In this document: one piece after another, positions 34,401 to 47,789 of the stretch
Layout of the letters: each line of letters starts with the position of its first letter
Numbering within the stretch: the stretch's first letter is position 1
Assembly (NCBI RefSeq): GCF_963921235.1
Contig: NC_086108.1
Span: forward strand, 40,860,001-40,924,000
Direction: 5' to 3'
DNA length: 64,000 nt
Source: Mobula hypostoma
Lineage: Eukaryota
Made by a program: the position numbers and the translations under genes
Notes under the pieces: model-generated
The model's database searches: none
What the model saw: only the letters and a program-made list of their open reading frames with translations
Told to the model about the DNA's origin: nothing

Positions 34401-37400
34401 GCAGCGGACAAAGGAATTGCAACGGTCCTGATGTCCAACAGATTCTGGACAATCCTGCCAACAGAGTTCTACTACGGGATGCCACGGATTTGATTGTGAG
34501 GATGACCTCCACTTTATTGAAGGTATCTGAACCTCCAGCAGACATCTGCAAGACACTTCTGCCTCAGGCACCATTACCACCAAGACTTTACAGGCTCCCT
34601 AAGCTACACAAGGAGAGTTCCCCCTGAGGCCTATCATCAGTAGGATAGATTCCCCAACTTACTGTCTTGCTAAGCATTTAAATGACCATGCTGCCGCCCC
34701 CCAGCTCTTTACTGGGGGCTGTGAGCATCACATCATGAATTTGAACAACTTCGTAAAAACAATAATCACATCCACCTGACCCTGGAGGACATAATGGTCA
34801 GTTTCAACATAGTGTCTCTGTTTATGAGAGATTCTATTAAAGGCAGCTTGGTTCTCGTGTGGTCAAGGTTTGGTAAGGGTACCTTTGACCTCTTTGAGCA
34901 CATCCTTACATCAATATACCTTCTCTATAAGGGAAACTACTATGAACAAACAGATGGAATGGCCATGGGATCACCCTTGTTGCCAGCTATTGCTATTTTC
35001 TACATGGAGGACTTTGAGGAAAGGGCTCAGCGTTCGTCACCCTTACACCCCAAATGTTTTTTCAGATACGTTGATGACATCTATGTAGTGTGGCCTCATG
35101 GACTCCAGGCACTCCAACAGTTTCACAACCATCTGAACAGCATACATCCAACATTCAATTTACAGTAGAGATGGAGAAGAATGGTTGCCTCTCATTCCTC
35201 GACATTCTAATATGATGGAAATCAGACAGTAGCCTCAGACGTTGTGTCTATTGGAAACCCTCTCACATGAACTTTTACAATACCTCAACAATAACAGCCG
35301 CCATCAAGCCTCCCAATGTAGAGTGGTTCTTTCTACTTTGATTAACCATGTGTGAACTATTTTGGACCTGAAGAGTCTCCACAAGGAAATAAGATGATTA
35401 CGCATGATATTCCTATAGAATAGCTACAAGGTGAAGGAAATCAATCAGGCCCTTAAAAGGGACAATGGAAAAACCAGGAAACCTAACAATGAGGAGGAAC
35501 CTGTCACTACCAACTGTCTTGCACAGTTTCTGGAAGATTTGCCAAGATCCTGAAGGAATACTAGATTAATATAATCCACAAGTACGTACATAAGGAAGCT
35601 CAGATCACAGCTTATGTGAGTCAAAGATGACCTGGAATCAGGAGGGCTGGCATTTACAGGATCCTCTGTGAATGCAGAGCAGCATGCATTGGCCAGACAG
35701 GATGCACAGTGGACATCGACATCAAAGAGCACAGGAGGTATATCCGTTTGGGTTATGCAGAGAAATTGGCAGTGGCAGAACATTTCATTCACAATGGCCA
35801 TAAGATTGACTTTGACAGTACAAAACTACTGTGCCATACCAATGGCTTTTTGGGACTGCTTAGTGAAGGAAGCCATTGAAATAAAACTAGAGGAAACAAA
35901 TTTTAACAAAGATGAAGGTCTCACTCTAAGTAAGAACTGGAATTCAATTGTAAACAAGGTGGGACAGTGGAAACCTGATTGGATGAGGACTAACCAGTCA
36001 GGAGGGTGTATAAATTCCACTGGACTAGACATGCCCAGGAATAACTCCTCATGAAGATGGCAGAGTTTGTCATGGAAATGTTGATTAAAATTGATATTTG
36101 TACTTGGCTGGAAGCCTGAGAAGAGTTTATTCATCATTTATGCTGGAAAAGCACCAGATCCTTTTTTCATATTAAGACTACCAAAGGTTTCCTTTACCTT
36201 AAGCTCTTTAAACAATTCCGGTTCATTGAACAACACCCAATCTTGAATAATTGATTCCCTAGTGAGCTCATTGATGAGCTGCTCTGAAAAGCAATCTCCC
36301 AGGCATTCTACAAATTCCCCCTCTTGGGATCCAGAACCAACTTGATTTTTCCAATCTACCTGCATATTGAAATCTCTTATAACTGTTGTAACATTGCCCT
36401 TCTGATATGCATTTTCTATCTTCCATTGTAATTTGTCAACCACATCTTTACTACTACTTGGAGCTCTGTATATAACTCCCATCAAGGTATTTTCACTCTT
36501 GCAGTTTCGTAGCTCTACCCACAACAATTCTACACTTTCAGATCCTATGCCACTGATTTCTAATGATTTTAATCTCATCCCCCTGTTAAATTAGTTTAAA
36601 CTCTCCCAAACAGCTCTAGCACACCTGCCTGAAAGGATATTGGACCCCCTCGGGTTCAAGCGTAACCAGTACTTTTTGTACCGGTCTTACATTCCCTACA
36701 AAAGATCCCAATGATCTAGAACTCTGAAGCCGCCCCCCCCCCCCGCACCAGATCGTCAGCCATGCATTCATCTATCAAATCAGCCTATTTTTACCCTCAC
36801 TGGCATGTGCCACAGGCAACAATCCAAAGATTGCTATCCTGGATGTCCTGCTTTTCAGCTTTTTAGCTATTTTCCTAAAATCTCTCTTCAGGACCTCCTC
36901 ACCTTTCCTACCTTTGTATGTCATTGATGCCAATATGTAGCAAGATTTCTGACTGCTTCCCAGCCCCTTTAGAATGCCGTGGACACTGTTCGAGACATTC
37001 TTGACAATGGCACCCGTGAGGCAACATAACATCTGGGTGTCTCTATGGCATCCACAGAATCACAACTCTATTCTTCAAACTGTGGAATCTCCTGCCACTA
37101 CTCCTGCTCCCCTCTTCTATGCTGAGCCACAGTGCCAGAGATCTGATCACTGCGGCTCCGCCCCCCCCCCCCCCCCGGTAGGTTGTCCCTCTCAACTATA
37201 TCCAAAGTGGCATACTAATTATTGAGGGAATGGCCACAAAGGTACTCAACACTGGCAGCCCCTTCCCTTTCCTTCCCCTAACAGTCACCCAGTTACCTGC
37301 TTCCTGCAAACTAGTAGTGACTACCTCCCTATAGCTCCTGTCTATCACCTCCTCAGTCTGCTGTATGAGCCGAAGGTGATCGAGCTGCAGCTCCAGTTTC

Positions 37401-37530
37401 TTAATACGTTCTCTGAGGAGCTGCAGCTCGGTGCACCTGGTGCAGATGTGGTTATCCAGGAGACTGAAAGTCTCCCAGAATTCTCACATCTCACACACAA
37501 AACAAAACAGAGCACCTGGAGTCATTGTCC
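31425..37530 (-). mobile_element. Old near-full-length CR1 LINE (ORF1 zinc finger/coiled coil + esterase, ORF2), split by a Penelope insertion
   Basis: ORF1 HICTRCTELQLL (about 37380-37460) and KLKSRTSRIAIFGLLPV; ORF2 LWVELRNCK, IYRAP, NQYGFLKGKSCLTNLLEFFE, VVYLDFQKAF, GLYTLEFRRMRGDLIE; 3' tail near 31430. Confidence 0.9.
33586..36170 (+). mobile_element. Poseidon/Penelope-clade Penelope-like element, degraded, with inverted pLTRs
   Basis: RT motifs ADKG, LPKLHK, LRPIISRIDSPTY, MVSFNIVSLF, GMAMGSPL, FRYVDD; GIY-YIG remnant (GIYRILCEC..IGQT) and KEAIEIK...NFNKDEG. Inverted repeats at 33586-33795 and 35939-36136. Confidence 0.92.
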
Positions 37531-38144
37531 CTGCACTAACTCTGCCTTAACAGATGAGGAATGGAAAACAAAGAGAAAGAAGAAACTTATCAGATACTTA
37601 TTCCATCCAAGCCTGATTTTGCCTAAGACTGATGAGCCAAAGCCACTCCAACACAGGTTCACTCACACAATGTCCACTCCACTTGCCCCTGCCTTGTCTA
37701 TTTTTGCACTTCCTAATGAAGCCCATTCACGGATTGAGCACATTCTGCTCTAAAAACTACCGCAAAGTACTACCTTTTTTAAAGTTCAGCTGCGGCCCTA
37801 AATATCATTGCTTCTTCTTGTGCTCCCACTGACTAATTGGGCACAGTCAAATCCTAACTCCTAAGAAATATAGTTGTCACTGCTAATGAAAGTGACGTAT
37901 GAACTCCACCATGTTGCACCCCATTCTAACTATTGTCCTCCTTCATGTGATAGATGTCTGTGAAGGAGGAACAGATGCATCTCTCTTTATATCCAAGCCT
38001 TTTCTCAGCTGCAGAAAGATAAGGTTGTGAGAGTAGATGATTTTAAATCTCCACATATTGACTGAGACTTCCATACTGTAAAAAGCGCTGGATGGGATAG
38101 AATTTGTCAAATGTGTTAATCAATGCATTATAGACTCTATAATA

Positions 38145-39884
38145 TAGAGGAGAAAACTAAAGAGTGTGACCATTCAGCCCCACGAGTCTGCTCTGCCATT
38201 CCATCATGGCTGATCCCAGATCCCACTCAACTCCATAGACCTGCCTTCTTGCCATATCCTTTGATGCCCTGACTGATCAGGAAACTGTCAACTTCCGCCT
38301 TAAATATACCCATGGACTTGGCCTCCACTGCAGTCTGCAGCAGAGCCTTCCACAGATTTGCTACTCTCTGGCTAAAAAAAATTCCTCCTTAAATCTGTTC
38401 TAACACATTGCTCCTCAATTTTGAGGCTGTGCCTTCTTGTTCTGGGGACCCCCCACCACAGGAAACATCCTCTCCACATCCACCCTATCCAGTCCTTTCA
38501 ATATTCAGTAGGTTTCAATGAGATCCCCCACATTCTTCTAAATTCCAGTGATTAGATTCAAAGATTCAAGAATCAAAAAACTTTATTGTCATTCTAACCG
38601 TACATCAGCTCTGCAGGGCAGAATGAGACAGCGTTTCTCAGGAGCGGTGCAATCATAACATACTAAGTGCAACACTAAATAATAAGCATAACAATAAATA
38701 GTAAAAACACAACAGCACATGTCAGTTAAAATCAAGTTATAAGTGTCCAGTGCAAGTTAAAAGTGTCCAAAGCAGAGTCAGGTGGTGCGGCTATTTAGCA
38801 GTCTGACTGCCTGTGGGAGGAAGCTGTTTAGTAGCCTTGTGGTTTTAGTTTTGATGCTCCTGTAACGCTTGCCTGATGGCAGAAGAACAAACAGTTCATG
38901 GAGAGAGTGTGAGGGGTCTTTAATGATGTACCGTGTCTTCTGGAGGCATCGACTCTGAAAGAGGTCTTGGACAGAAGGTAGGGAGACCCCAATAACCTTC
39001 TCTGCTCCCCTAACCACCCTCTGCAAGGCTGTTTTGTCGACAGCACTGCAGCTGGAGTACCAGGTTGTGATGCAAAAGGTCAGCACATTTTCAATCACGC
39101 CTCTGTAGAAGGTAGTTAAGATGTTAGTGGGGAGTGATGCTTGTTTAAGCTTCCTCAGAAAGTACAATCTCTGCTGGGTCTGTTTCACAATCCCAGTGGT
39201 GTTCCTGGACCAGGTGAGATTGTCCGAGATCTGCACCCCAAGGAACTTGATGTTTTCCACTCTCTCCACTGTGGAGCCGCTGATGCTGAGGGGTGTGTGC
39301 TCAGGCTGAGACCGTCTGAAATCGACGATCATCTCCTTGGTTTTGGTGCAAACCAAGGCCCAAAGCAGCAAATGCTCCTCATATGTTAACCCCTTCATTC
39401 CCGGAATCATCCTCATGAACTTTCTCGGGATGCTCTCCAATGACAACACATCCTTTCTGAGATATGTGGCCCAAAACTGTTGACAATACTCCAACTGTGG
39501 CCTAACTAGTGTCTTAAAAAGGCTCAACGTTATCTTGTTTTTATATTCTATTCCCATTGAAATGAATGCCAACATTGTATTTGCCTTCTTTACCACAGAC
39601 TCAACCTGTAAATTAACCTTCTTGCAAGAGGACTCCGAAGTCCCTCTGCACCGCTGATGTTTGAACCTTCTCCCATTTAGATAATGGTCCACACTATTGT
39701 TCCTTTAACCAAAATGCATTATCACACATTTCCCAACACAGTATTCCACCTGCCACTTTTTTGCCTATTCCTCCAACTTGGCTAAATTCTGCTGCAATCA
39801 CATTACTTCCTCAGCACCACCTACCCCTCCACCTACGTTTGTATCATCTGCAAACTTTGCCACAAAGCCATCAATTCTATTATC
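38145..39884 (-). mobile_element. CR1 LINE 3' part, interrupted by a Rex1-type LINE
   Basis: KVNLQVESVVKKANTMLAFI...LVRPQLEYCQQFW...MKGLTYEEHL at 39355-39700 resumes at 38150-38550 (LEFRRMWGDLIE). Confidence 0.88.
38553..39352 (-). mobile_element. Rex1/Babar-type LINE 3' fragment (post-RT region)
   Basis: KTKEMIVDFRR...KFLGVQISDNLTW...QQRLYFLRKL...DPSHSLHELF.LLPSGKRYRSI...NSFLPQAVRLLN; 3' end caataaag...(TTGAATC)n-like tail. Confidence 0.92.
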
Positions 39885-41787
39885 TTACGACGGGATCCAG
39901 AATTATCCCTATGAACTGTGCTTTTGAAGAGAGAGAGAGAGAGGTGTCCAAGACAGACACCTTGTTATTAAGAGAGAGAGAAACACAGAAACATAGAAAC
40001 ATAGAAAATAGGTGCAGGAATAGGCCATTCGGCCCTTCGAGCCTGCACCGCCATTCAGTATGATCATGGCTGATCATCCAACTCAGAACCCTGTACCAGC
40101 CTTCCCTCCATACCCCCTGATCCCTTTAGCCACAAGGGCCATATCTAACTCCCTCTTAAATATAGCCAATGAACTGGCCTCAACTGTTTCCTGTGGCAGA
40201 GAATTCCACAGATTCACCACTCTCTGTGTGAAGAAGTTTTTCCTAATCTCGGTCCTAAAAGGCTTTCCCTTTATCCTCAAACTGTGACCCCTCGTTCTGG
40301 ACTTCCCCAACATCGGGAACAATCTTCCTACATCTAGCCTGTCCAATCCCTTTAGGATTTTATACATTTCAATAAGATCCCCTTCAATCTTCTAAATTCC
40401 AGAGAGTATAAGCCTAGTCGATCCAGTCTTTCGTCATATGAAAGTCCTGCCATCCCAGGAATCAATCTGGTGAACCTTCTTTGTACTCCCTCTATGGCAA
40501 GAATGTCTTTCCTCAGATTAGGGGACCAAAACCACACACAATACTCCAGGTGCGGTCTCACCAAGGCCTTGTATAACTGCAGTAGTACCTCTCTGCTCCT
40601 GTACTCGAATCCTCTTGCTATGAATGCCAGCATACCATTCGCCTTTTTCACCACCTGCTATACCTGCATGCCCACTTTCAATGACTGGTGTATAATGACA
40701 CCCAGGTCTCGTTGCACCTCCCCTTTTCCTAATCGACCACCATTCAGATAATAATCTGTTTAACCTCACATTTATCCACATTAAATTGCATCTGCCATGA
40801 ATTTGCCCACTCACCTAATCTATCCAAGTCACCCTGCATCCTTTTAGTATCCTCCTCACAGCTAACACTGCCGCCCAGCTTCGTGTCATCCGCAAACTTG
40901 GAAATGCTGCATTTAATTCCCTCATCTAATTCATTAATATATATTGTAAACAACTGGGGTCCCAGCACTGAGCCTTGCAGTATCCCACTAGTCACTGCCT
41001 GCCATTCTGAAAAGGTCCCGTTTATTCCTACTCTTTGCTTCCTGTCTGCCAACCAATTCTCTATCCACATCAATACCTTACCCCCAATGACTGCTCACAG
41101 TTTGTTTGGAATTTCTGCAAGGACACTGGCAGCTTCTAAGTTCCTACAGAGAGAGAAGGGAGGAGCTACTTGATGGACAGCTGGTGTTCAGCACAACAGT
41201 ATTTAAAGCAGCATAATTGCTTGTTTCACGGGGACACGCAGACACACAAAGGTGTGGTGAAGTTACCACTATCCTGCCCAGGTGCCCACGAGTGTGGGAC
41301 TGAGGATTGATTCTGAGGGATCGATCTATGATTATTAGTGTATGAAAGAGCGACCTTGTGGAGTCTATGAGTGTGCTTAACCCTCGCCTGGGTTGGTAGA
41401 CTATCACTTGAAGATGGTGCTCTTAAGTTGGTCATGTTTAGCTAACTTGGAAGTTTGGGAGGACAACGGGACGAATTGATGGCATCGGTTTACTCGAACA
41501 AACACAGCACCTCTCTCTCTCCATCACTACCCAACTCAATACCACGAACTGAACTGAACTTTACTCATCATCGTAAGACTGTATCCATTTACCCCTAGGC
41601 TTGAAGAAACTTGCTTTTTTTATATTTCCACACATATATATAATCATTGCTAACCTGTTTGATTTATCTGATTTTATATTACTGTATTGTGTTGTTACTA
41701 ATAAATACCATTAGTTAACAGCAATACAAGACTCTAATGTGTTTTCCATTTCTGCTGGTTCTTTAACCCGTCACGGGGTACGTGACA
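39885..41787 (+). mobile_element. Probable solo LTR (Gypsy-like), interrupted by a CR1 at 39981-41087
   Basis: Termini ttacgacggg...gtcacggggtacgtgaca (CGTGACA end), AATAAA near 41700, (GA)n runs near the 5' end. Confidence 0.6.
39981..41087 (-). mobile_element. Relatively young CR1 LINE 3' part
   Basis: WIENWLADRKQRV...SGILQGSVLGPQLF...KFADDTK, LYKALVRPHLEYC, TRGHSLRI; (CATAGAAA)n tail at 39981-40010. Confidence 0.95.
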
Positions 41788-41929
41788 AAATACAGCCTAA
41801 CTACTCTAACTCAAGACTACTCCGACAATGACTGCTCCATTAGATGGTGCCTCTCTTTTGTAGAGACGGGGTTTTAGAAGCTCTTTGTCAGACCTGTGTG
41901 GGAACACTCCTGTTGCGTCTGTGCAGTAC

Positions 41930-43922
41930 TCCAATCAACGACCAAGAATGAGATGCATAACAAGTATAGGCAGCAAGGAACAAATGACGCACTTGAGGAG
42001 TATAAGAGATGCAAGGGAACACTTAAGAGGATAAATCAGGAGGGCAAAAAGAAGATTGCTCTGGCAGGCAATGCTACGGTAAATCCCAAAGCCTTCTACA
42101 GATCTATACAGAAGAGCAAAAGGAGAGCAAGATTAGCCAGTTTGAAAATTAATGAGATCATCTATGCATGCAGCCTAAAGCAATGGAGGATATCATAAAT
42201 GGATTTTTTGCATCTGTATTTACTCAGGAGTAAGACACATAGTCTATAAAACTGAGGTAAAACAGCAGTGAGGTCATGAACCATGTACAAATTAGAGAAG
42301 AGGAGGGTTTTGCAATCTTGATGCAAATGAGGCTGGATGATACCCCAGGGCCTGACAAAGTGTTCCTTCTGACCTTGTGGGAGGTTAATTCAGAGGCTCA
42401 AGGGCCTTGGCAGAGGTACTTACAACATCCTTAGATATGGGCAAGGTGCCGAAGGACGAGAGGTTAGTTGGTGTAGTTTCATTGTTCAAGAAAGGCTTTA
42501 AGAATAAGAAAGGGAGTTATAGGCTGGTGAGTCTGATGGCTGTAGGGGGTAAGTTATTGATTAGGGATAGTCAGCATGGATTTGTGTATGGTAGGCAATG
42601 TTTAACAACTCTCATGGAGTTTTTGAGGATGTTACCAGGAAAATTGATGAAGAAAGACCATAAGACACAGGAGCAGAATTAGGCCATTTTCTCCATTGAG
42701 TTTGCTCTTCCATTCCATCATGGCTGATTTATTATCCCTCTCAATCCCATTCTCTTGCCTTCTCCCTGTAGTCTTTGATGCCCTGACTAATCAAGAACCT
42801 ATCAGAATCTGCTTTAAATATACTCAGTGACTTGGTCTCCACAGCCATCTGTGGCAATGAATTCCAAAGGTTCACCACTCTCTGCGAAAGAAATTCATCC
42901 TCACCTCTATTCTAAATAGACATCCATCTATCCTGAGGCTTTACCCTCTGGTCCTACTATAGGAAATATCCTCTCCACATCCACTCTGTCTAGGCCTTTC
43001 AACATTTGACAAATTTCAATGAGATCCTCTCTCATTCTTCTGAACTCCAATGAGTACAAGGCCAGTGCCATCAAGAATTCCAACTGATTTGTCATGCGTG
43101 ATTTGCCCTTGAAGAAACCATGCTGACTTTGGCCTACTTTACCATGTGTCTGAAAATAGCCTGAAACCACACCCTTAATAAAGGACCATTGAAGTCAGTC
43201 TAACTGGCCTATCATTTCCTTTCTTATGCCTCCCTTCCTTCTTAAAAAGTGGAGTGACATTTTCAATTTTCTGGTAATCTGGAGCTATTCCTGAATCTAG
43301 TGATTCTTGAAAGATCATTGTTAATGCCTCCACAATCACTTCAGCTACCTTTTCCAAACCCTGGGGTGTAGTTCATCTGGTGACTCATCTACCTTCAAAC
43401 CTTTTAGCTTCCTAAGCACGTTTTGTACCAATAGATCCACTCCACCCCCTCTGCCTATCTGCCTCTCTTTTTGATGCAATGTACATTCTTGGATGCTAAG
43501 CTCCCAACTATGATCCTCTTTCAGGTTAACTTAGTGATGCTCTCAGCGTCATACCTGCCAATCTCTGTTGTACTATTGTACAAGATCATCTAACTTATTC
43601 CATATATTGTGTGAATTCAAATACAGATTCATCACCCTTTTTGATTTTACCTTCATGTTACACTTCAGCTCAACACTGCCTGCAATTTTGCCCTATCATA
43701 TGTCTACACAGACTTTAGCAAGACCTTTGACAAAGTCTCACCCAGGAGGCTGATCAATGAGGTTTAGTTGCTTGGCATTCAGGATAAGGTAGTAAATTGG
43801 ATTTGACTTTGGCTTTGCGGGAGTAGCCAGTGAGTGGTAGTAGATGATTGCCTCTCTGCCTGGAGGTCCGTGACTTGTGAAGTGCTACACGGATTAGTGT
43901 TAGGTTCATTGTTGTTTCTCAT
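41930..43922 (+). mobile_element. Old CR1 ORF2 fragments (plus strand), interrupted by minus-strand CR1 pieces at about 42655-43700
   Basis: NPKAFYRSI, PGPDKV, SQHGFVYGRQCLTTLMEF, then DFSKTFDKV at about 43705. Minus-strand pieces QSQHGFFKGKS and YSLEFRRMREDLIE lie between. Confidence 0.75.
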
Positions 43923-43925
43923 CCA

Positions 43926-43991
43926 CAGTTCCGTGCAAAAGTCTTAGCCACATATACATCTAGGGTGCCTAAGAATTTTGCACAGAACATG
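43926..43991. mobile_element. Miniature Tc1-like inverted repeat (TIR-only hairpin)
   Basis: cagttccgtgcaaaagtcttagccac pairs with gtgcctaagaattttgcacagaac. Confidence 0.55.
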
Positions 43992-44354
43992 TGATTAGGA
44001 AAGAGGAGTTAGAATGCATGGTAATTATGGGAAAGATTGAAGGGAAGAAAGCAAGAGGAAGGCAAAGACAAATGATAATGGAGACAGCAGCCAGAGAGCT
44101 GGAAATGAATAGCAAATGAATTGATCCACTTGACCTGAAACAGGTGTGTGTGGGCCATGGCGGTCAAAGCTCAAGCTGGGCACGGCACCTGATGGTGATG
44201 ACTGTAGTAATTTGATGTCTTGCACAAAAAAAATTATGATATATGTGAATGATGATAAAATGATTCTGATATGGGTCTCTTTTGTGGACTGAGAGTGGGA
44301 AGGGAGAAAGGAGAGGGGAATCGTGGATGGGAAAAGGGAAAGAAATAGTGGAGA

Positions 44355-44630
44355 TGTGTGCTTACTTCATTTTCACTTTATTTAGGTGCATACTTATGAT
44401 GTGGTAGTGTGATAACACATGTTATTCACATACTTTTATATATAACAAGTAATGAATTACGTTTGTATATAAACAACAAAGAATGATTAATCAAACAATA
44501 TACTTGCAACATTACTCAAACATTACAGAAATATTGAATACATAACACTCCTCCCTGCTTAGCTATAAGGTCTAACTCAATATAGACTGCATCTCAACGC
44601 AAATGTAGCATGTTACTCACTCATCATACA
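44355..44630 (-). mobile_element. LTR retrotransposon fragment: polypurine tract plus start of the 3' LTR
   Basis: Minus strand gctaagcAGGGAGGAG|TGTTATGTATTCAATATTTC; similar to 13575-13825. Confidence 0.6.
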
Positions 44631-44639
44631 TATTTGCCC

Positions 44640-45000
44640 TTGAATGGAAAATCCTGGAAAATGTAATGGGTACAGCCCAGTCCATCATGGATAAAACCCA
44701 CTGCTCCATTCAGCACACCTACATGGAGCACTGTTGCAGGAAAGCAGCATCTATCATCAAGGGCCCCCAACACCTAAGACATGCTCTCTGGGCACTGTTG
44801 TCATCAGGAAGAAGGTACAGGAGGCTCAGAACTCACACTACCAGTTTGAAGAACAGTTATTACCCCTCAACCATCAAGCATTTGAACCAGTGAGAACAAT
44901 TTCACTTTCCCCACCACTGAACAGTTCCCACAACCTCACTTTCAAGGACTCTTCAGCTTATTTCTTGATATTTATTGCCTACTGATTTATTATTATTAAA
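44640..45000 (+). mobile_element. Rex1/Babar-type LINE 3' fragment
   Basis: CRKAASIIKGPQH...LLSSGRRYRRLRTHTTSLKNSYYPSTIKHLN. Confidence 0.8.
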
Positions 45001-45484
45001 TTGTGTATTTTTCATGTCACTCAAGTATTACTGAAGTATTAAATATACATCAAATGTGCTGGGGCAACCCTTAAGTGGCCCTGCACATTCTGACGCCAAC
45101 AGAGCATGCCCACCATGCTTGGCAGAACAACAAAGAACATACTCAATAACAAAGCAGCAACAGCAAAACAAGCCTGATTCCTCGCTCTCAACACACATAC
45201 ATCATTCTCAAATCCCACGACAGGCTTTCTCAACCAGCCTCCAGTGGATTCGTGGATTCACAGGCATTGGGCCTTTGGCTTCTACAGCAGACTCACAGAT
45301 TCAGGGCAGTGGCCATTGGGCCTTGACTTCTGAACTTCTGATCGACCTTGGTGCCTCATTCTGGCTTTTTGATCTACCTTTGTGGTTCAGTCTTTTGCAT
45401 TGTCCCAAACTTGCCGACGTTGAGGAATGAGGACCATGGATGAGGAACTGAACTCCAGGCCTCAACCTCCAGTCTTGCCGATAG

Positions 45485-46900
45485 AGTCATACAGTCATAG
45501 AAAAGTACAGCAGAGAAACAGGCCCTTCAGCCCATCTAGTCCATGTTGGACCATTTAATCTGCTTGCTCCCATCAACCTGCACTGGGATCATAGCCCTCC
45601 ATACCTCTACCATTTAGGTATCTATCCAAACTTCTCTTAAATGTTAAAATCAAGCTCACATGCACCACTTGTGCTAGCAACAGAATCCACACTCTCACAA
45701 CGCTCTGAGTAAAGAAGAATCCCCTCCTGTTCCCCTTACACATTTCACCTTTCACCTTTAAGACACAACCTCTGGTTGTAGTCCCACCGAACCTCTGTGG
45801 AAAAAGCCTGCTTGCATTTACCCTACCTATACCATTCATAATTCTGCATTCCTCTATCAAATCTCCTCAATCTTCTATGTTCCAAGGAATGAAGTCTGAA
45901 CCTATTCAATCATTCCTTATAAATCAGCTCCTCCAGACCTGGCAAAATCCTTGTAAATTTTCTCTGTACTCTTTCAACCTTAGTTGCATATTTCCTGTAG
46001 GTCGGTGATTAAAACTGCACATCCACTGTAAGTCTGCACCATCCAGGCCTATTCCACTAATGAAGTGCCAATCAATGTTAGGAGAGCTGAACTCACCCAT
46101 GACAACAACCCTATTATTTTTGTACCTTTCCAAAATCAGTTTACTTATCAGCTCAGTGTCCCCATGGCTATTGGTTAAGTTGGGGGGATTGGGTCTCTGG
46201 AATACTATTAATAGAGCGATTGTTCCCTTCCTGTTTCTGACTTCCACCTCAGTAGAAAATCCCTTTTTTCAATTGTGATAGTATCACTGATTACCAATGC
46301 CACGATGTCTTTTCCCCTTTACTCCCTCCCTATCACTTTTGAAACATCTAAATCAGCCAGTCCTGCCCTAATGACAGCCAAGTCTCTGCAATAACCTTTC
46401 CCATGCACTGATCCATGCTCGATGTTCATCACCCTTGTTCTTAATACTTACATTCATGTAAACACATTTCAACCCATTCAACTAACTGCTTTCATACCCT
46501 ATGCACTGCCAATCCATCCTCTACATTCTCTCTACACACCACATCTACCAACTTCTCCTTTCATCTAAGTCTCTGTTTTCCATCCCACTGCCAACCTAAT
46601 TTGAACCCTTCCCAAACAACTCTAGTAAACCTGCCTGCAAGGACATTAGTCACTCTTGAGTTCAGGTGTACCTTATCACTTTTGTACGGATCATACCTTT
46701 CCCAAAAGCAATTCCAATAATCCACCAATCTGAAATCCTGCCCCTGCACTCTCACTTTGGTCATGTGTTTGACTGCCATATAATCTCTTTCCTACCCTCG
46801 CTGGAATGTGGCACAGGCAAAAATCTAGAGATTACTACCCTTGAGGTCCTTCTTTTTCACTTCCTTTCTAACTCCCTATATTCACTCTTCAGGACTTCAT
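45485..46900 (-). mobile_element. Old CR1 LINE with large internal deletions (ORF1 esterase, endonuclease, 3' end)
   Basis: WNCFWERYDPYKSDKVHLN, EVRNRKG, VVVMGEFSSPNIDW, NASRLFPQ...TTRGC.LKV. Confidence 0.8.
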
Positions 46901-47789
46901 CAAGTTTTGTATCCCCAGACTGAGCTGAGCCTGATGCTGTGGCCTGCTGTGGTTGCTCTGGGCTCTCTGTATGAGGGATCCATGACGTTTACTCAGATCT
47001 GCGCTGAACCGAGCCTGATGTTGTGGCCTACTCCAGCTGCTCCGTGCTTTGTGTCTAAGAACTCACTTTGTGCTGAATGCTATTTGCTTACTTTGACTGT
47101 TTGCATGATTTGTTTTTTTTTTTGCACATTGGGTGATTCACCTCTTTTATGAGTATTTTTGGGTTTCTTAGTTTTTTGGCTGCCCATAAGGAGACAAAGC
47201 TCAAGGTATATACACTTTGATAATAAATGTACTTTGTCCTTTGAACTCTGAACTTTGATCTTTGCCACAGGTACAAATATTTGCTATGACTTCTGCCTGC
47301 TCGTTCTTCCTTTAAGAATTAATCTGTAAAAATATGGCCTAGAACTGGAAATGAAAGGCTGTATCATGAGGTTTTTTATTCAGTCTAGTCATAGTATTCT
47401 TTTTATTTAAGGACAATAAAGTATTTCACACATTGACACCAAGAATCTTATTGAAACCATTTTATCCAGCTAACTTTAATAGATGAGATCTGTTATTTAT
47501 CACTCTCATGGAGTGAAGCTGAGATGGAACTGAAATTTTCCGTTAGTCTCATTGGTAAAGTAAGCATGCTAATATGAAAGGCATTTGGTTGTTATGATCA
47601 ATGGGCCCACTGTTGAAAAAACAGCAAGTGTTATTCACATTTTTGTTTTCCAAAATTTTAAAGAGTGCCTTCCACCTCTTCTAGCCTGGCAAAGATTTCT
47701 CTCCCTGAAGTCAGTTTGTAGTCAATCACTGTACAGCAGCTGTTTTCCAGGTGAGAACTCCATCAGTATACACTGAAGTATTAACCAAT

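Noticed and set aside
38778..39692. 304-aa ORF that looks like a novel chimeric protein
   Set aside because: Chance in-frame junction at about 39352 between a decayed CR1 and an inserted Rex1-type fragment; the CR1 resumes at 38550.
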